From assembly GCA_038877255.1 (NCBI GenBank), contig JAVYWZ010000010.1, positions 1 to 28,105 of the forward strand: a stretch of 28,105 nucleotides of DNA. The letters run 5' to 3'. Within the stretch, counting starts at the first letter, position 1. Each line of letters starts with the position of its first letter. The stretch comes from Candidatus Micrarchaeaceae archaeon (lineage in GTDB: Archaea; Micrarchaeota; Micrarchaeia; Micrarchaeales; CABMGC01). The position numbers were made by a program, and so were the translations under genes. Below are positions 26,360-28,105 of the stretch, piece after piece. Under the pieces are notes generated by a model. The model was given only the letters and a program-made list of their open reading frames with translations. It did no database searches and was not told the origin of the DNA.

Positions 26360-26432
26360 GCTCCGATCGTCTAGTGGTCAAGGATAAAGCCCTCTCGAGG
26401 CTTAGACCCGGGTTCAAATCCCGGTCGGAGCA
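26360..26432 (+). tRNA. tRNA-Glu(CTC)
   Basis: Acceptor GCTCCGA/TCGGAGC; anticodon arm AAGCC-CTCTCGA-GGCTT; T-arm CCGGG-TTCAAAT-CCCGG. Confidence 0.95.
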
Positions 26433-26440
26433 TTCACAGA

Positions 26441-27315
26441 ATGCGGCGACAAGCGCGGGTTCGAATAGAGAAGAATCTGCAAAGCTTCCAAGCCTCAAAC
26501 AAGCAAAAAGGGTTCGATTTCAGTTCCTTCCTGAACCTCGTAGAGGTTCAGAGCAGGAGTTTAAATTTCTATGAGCTTAAGGCGCTGAAGAGTGCAGTCA
26601 ACGCGGTCTTCGTGAAGAAATACCGAGGCAGCGGAGCGCCGAAGTACGGCTCCATAAACAAAGGTTTTACCGAACTTGAGTTGCAGCGCTTCCTCAGAAG
26701 CGTAAAGAGCGAGAAGTTCGGTCTCCTTTTCAGGTATCAGGAATACTTAGGCTTGCGCATTGGCGAAGTCTGCAAGTTGCACTTGAGCAACATCGACTTT
26801 GACAAGTGCGAGCTGACGATAGAGCGCGAAAATCCAAGAAGATGGCGCTGCGCATCCCGCTGGGTCTCTTCAAAGAGACAATAGAATACATAACCAAGAA
26901 TGCAGACGCAATAAAATCCGCAAACGGCTATGTATTCTTCAAGGAGAACGATAATAACCACAATGAGATAATGCACGTAGACGAGAACTATGCGCGAAAG
27001 GCATTCGGGAAACTATACAAAGATGCGGTCTAGACACCACTTACGGAAGTTCTGACGAAGCCTTTACCACAGAAAAGAGAGCGCATGCTGCATGGATTAA
27101 CAACGCATAGCCTCCGGCACTACGTCATAACACATTTCGCCAAATCAACCAACGGCAACGTGGTCTTGACCTGCCGCTTCGCCCGCCATTCTAACCCGAT
27201 GGTAACAATGCGCTACATAAGCAGAGACAACGAGCAGCTTTTCAGCGAGATAGACAATACTTTCGCGATTCAAAACATAAACATGCTAAAGTCGAAGCTA
27301 CAAAAAGGTTTTTAA
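26441..27315 (+). pseudogene. tyrosine recombinase/integrase, frameshifted
   Basis: GLRIGE (R), KS (K), HSLRH (HxxR), RH and TMRY (Y) are spread over three ORFs; frameshift at the A4 run 26829-26832 and further lesions around 27025-27075 (TAG at 27031). Confidence 0.88.
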
Positions 27316-27463
27316 TTATGAATGCTTTAATAGGTATAAAGAAATGCGTTTGGCGACGCTATACAAATAGCCGACTATTTCTGGGCGATGTAGACAGATG
27401 CAACATGGTTAGCGTACACTTTAAATAGATAAAAGTGATATTATGGTTGAAGATGAATTTAAT

Positions 27464-28105
27464 ATGGTAATTGCTAAGCCTTTTGTGAAGTGGGCAGGAG
27501 GTAAAACACAGCTACTAGATGCACTTACAAAGTCCTACCCTAAATTTAACTCTTATCACGAGCCATTCGTTGGTGGCGGTGCGTTGTTTTTTTACCTGTT
27601 CAATAAGAATCTTATATCAAAAGCGCATCTGTATGACTATAATCAAGACCTAATTAATTTATATAAAGTTGTAAAAGAAATGCCATTAGAATTGATAAAG
27701 GAGCTTAAGTCAAACATTTATGTAAATAATAGAGATACGTATTACAAAATTAGGACTTCCAGGCCTAAAGATGTGATAAAAAGTGCGGCTAGGTTCATTT
27801 ATCTCAATAGAACCGCGTATAATGGTTTGTACAGGGTAAATTCTAAGGGCGAGTTTAACGTTCCTTTTGGTAACTATGAGAAACTTTCATTACCACAACC
27901 CTCTTTACTGATAAAAGATAGCATAGCACTCCAGAGTGCAGAATTGCATAATGGCGATTTCTCGGAGGTGCTATCCTTTGCCCACAAAGGTGATTTGGTA
28001 TACTTTGATCCACCTTACCAGCCACTATCTAAAACATCTAGCTTTACTAGTTATACCTCAAATTCTTTTAATATCGAAGATCAGATGCGCCTGGCTAAAG
28101 TATTC
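27464..28105 (+). CDS. dam: Dam/D12-class N6-adenine DNA methyltransferase (partial, runs off the window)
   Basis: Not in the ORF track. Manual translation gives KPFVKWAGGK, EPFVGGGA, YLNRTAYNGLYRVNSKGEFNVPFG and YFDPPY with no stop; alternative in-frame start at 27443. Confidence 0.92.
   Translation, partial: MVIAKPFVKWAGGKTQLLDALTKSYPKFNSYHEPFVGGGALFFYLFNKNLISKAHLYDYNQDLINLYKVVKEMPLELIKELKSNIYVNNRDTYYKIRTSRPKDVIKSAARFIYLNRTAYNGLYRVNSKGEFNVPFGNYEKLSLPQPSLLIKDSIALQSAELHNGDFSEVLSFAHKGDLVYFDPPYQPLSKTSSFTSYTSNSFNIEDQMRLAKVF

Larger units (their letters stand above)
26433..28105 (+). mobile_element. left end of an integrated element/genomic island at tRNA-Glu
   Basis: Tyrosine integrase directly downstream of the tRNA 3' end, followed by an AT-rich methyltransferase; no attR within the window. 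Confidence 0.75.

Noticed and set aside
1..28105. CRISPR array or rRNA
   Set aside because: No regularly spaced repeat-spacer array or rRNA-like sequence was seen; the repeats found are dispersed or 2-3-copy tandems.

Overview
Archaeal chromosomal segment. Gene content and style (archaeal Hel308, nuclease-less Hef, uL30/uL15, PheRS, RFC-L, a BHB-intron tRNA, tRNAs without encoded CCA) fit a DPANN archaeon, most likely Micrarchaeota; the lineage is an inference. Most of the window is housekeeping: Hel308 and Hef helicases, TyrRS, PheRS alpha/beta, ornithine carbamoyltransferase, GT-C and GT4 glycosyltransferases, a cation/H+ antiporter, an aldo-keto reductase, acylphosphatase, a beta-CASP RNase, uL30/uL15, RFC large subunit and five tRNAs (Thr-TGT with intron, Phe-GAA, Gly-GCC, Gly-TCC, Glu-CTC). 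At the right edge an integrated element starts at tRNA-Glu: a frameshifted tyrosine integrase whose frame is open through most of the tRNA, followed by an AT-rich Dam-family methyltransferase that runs off the window. The least explained signals are a diverged intergenic repeat family (about 61-210, 1764-1879 and 15891-16017) with a hairpin showing a compensatory change, a probable CTG start in an rpl30-rpl15-GT4-coiled-coil-RNase operon dominated by non-ATG starts, an AKR gene between two near-identical tRNA-Gly genes, and recurrent tandem micro-duplications at promoters and gene starts. No complete novel multi-gene system can be established from this window alone.
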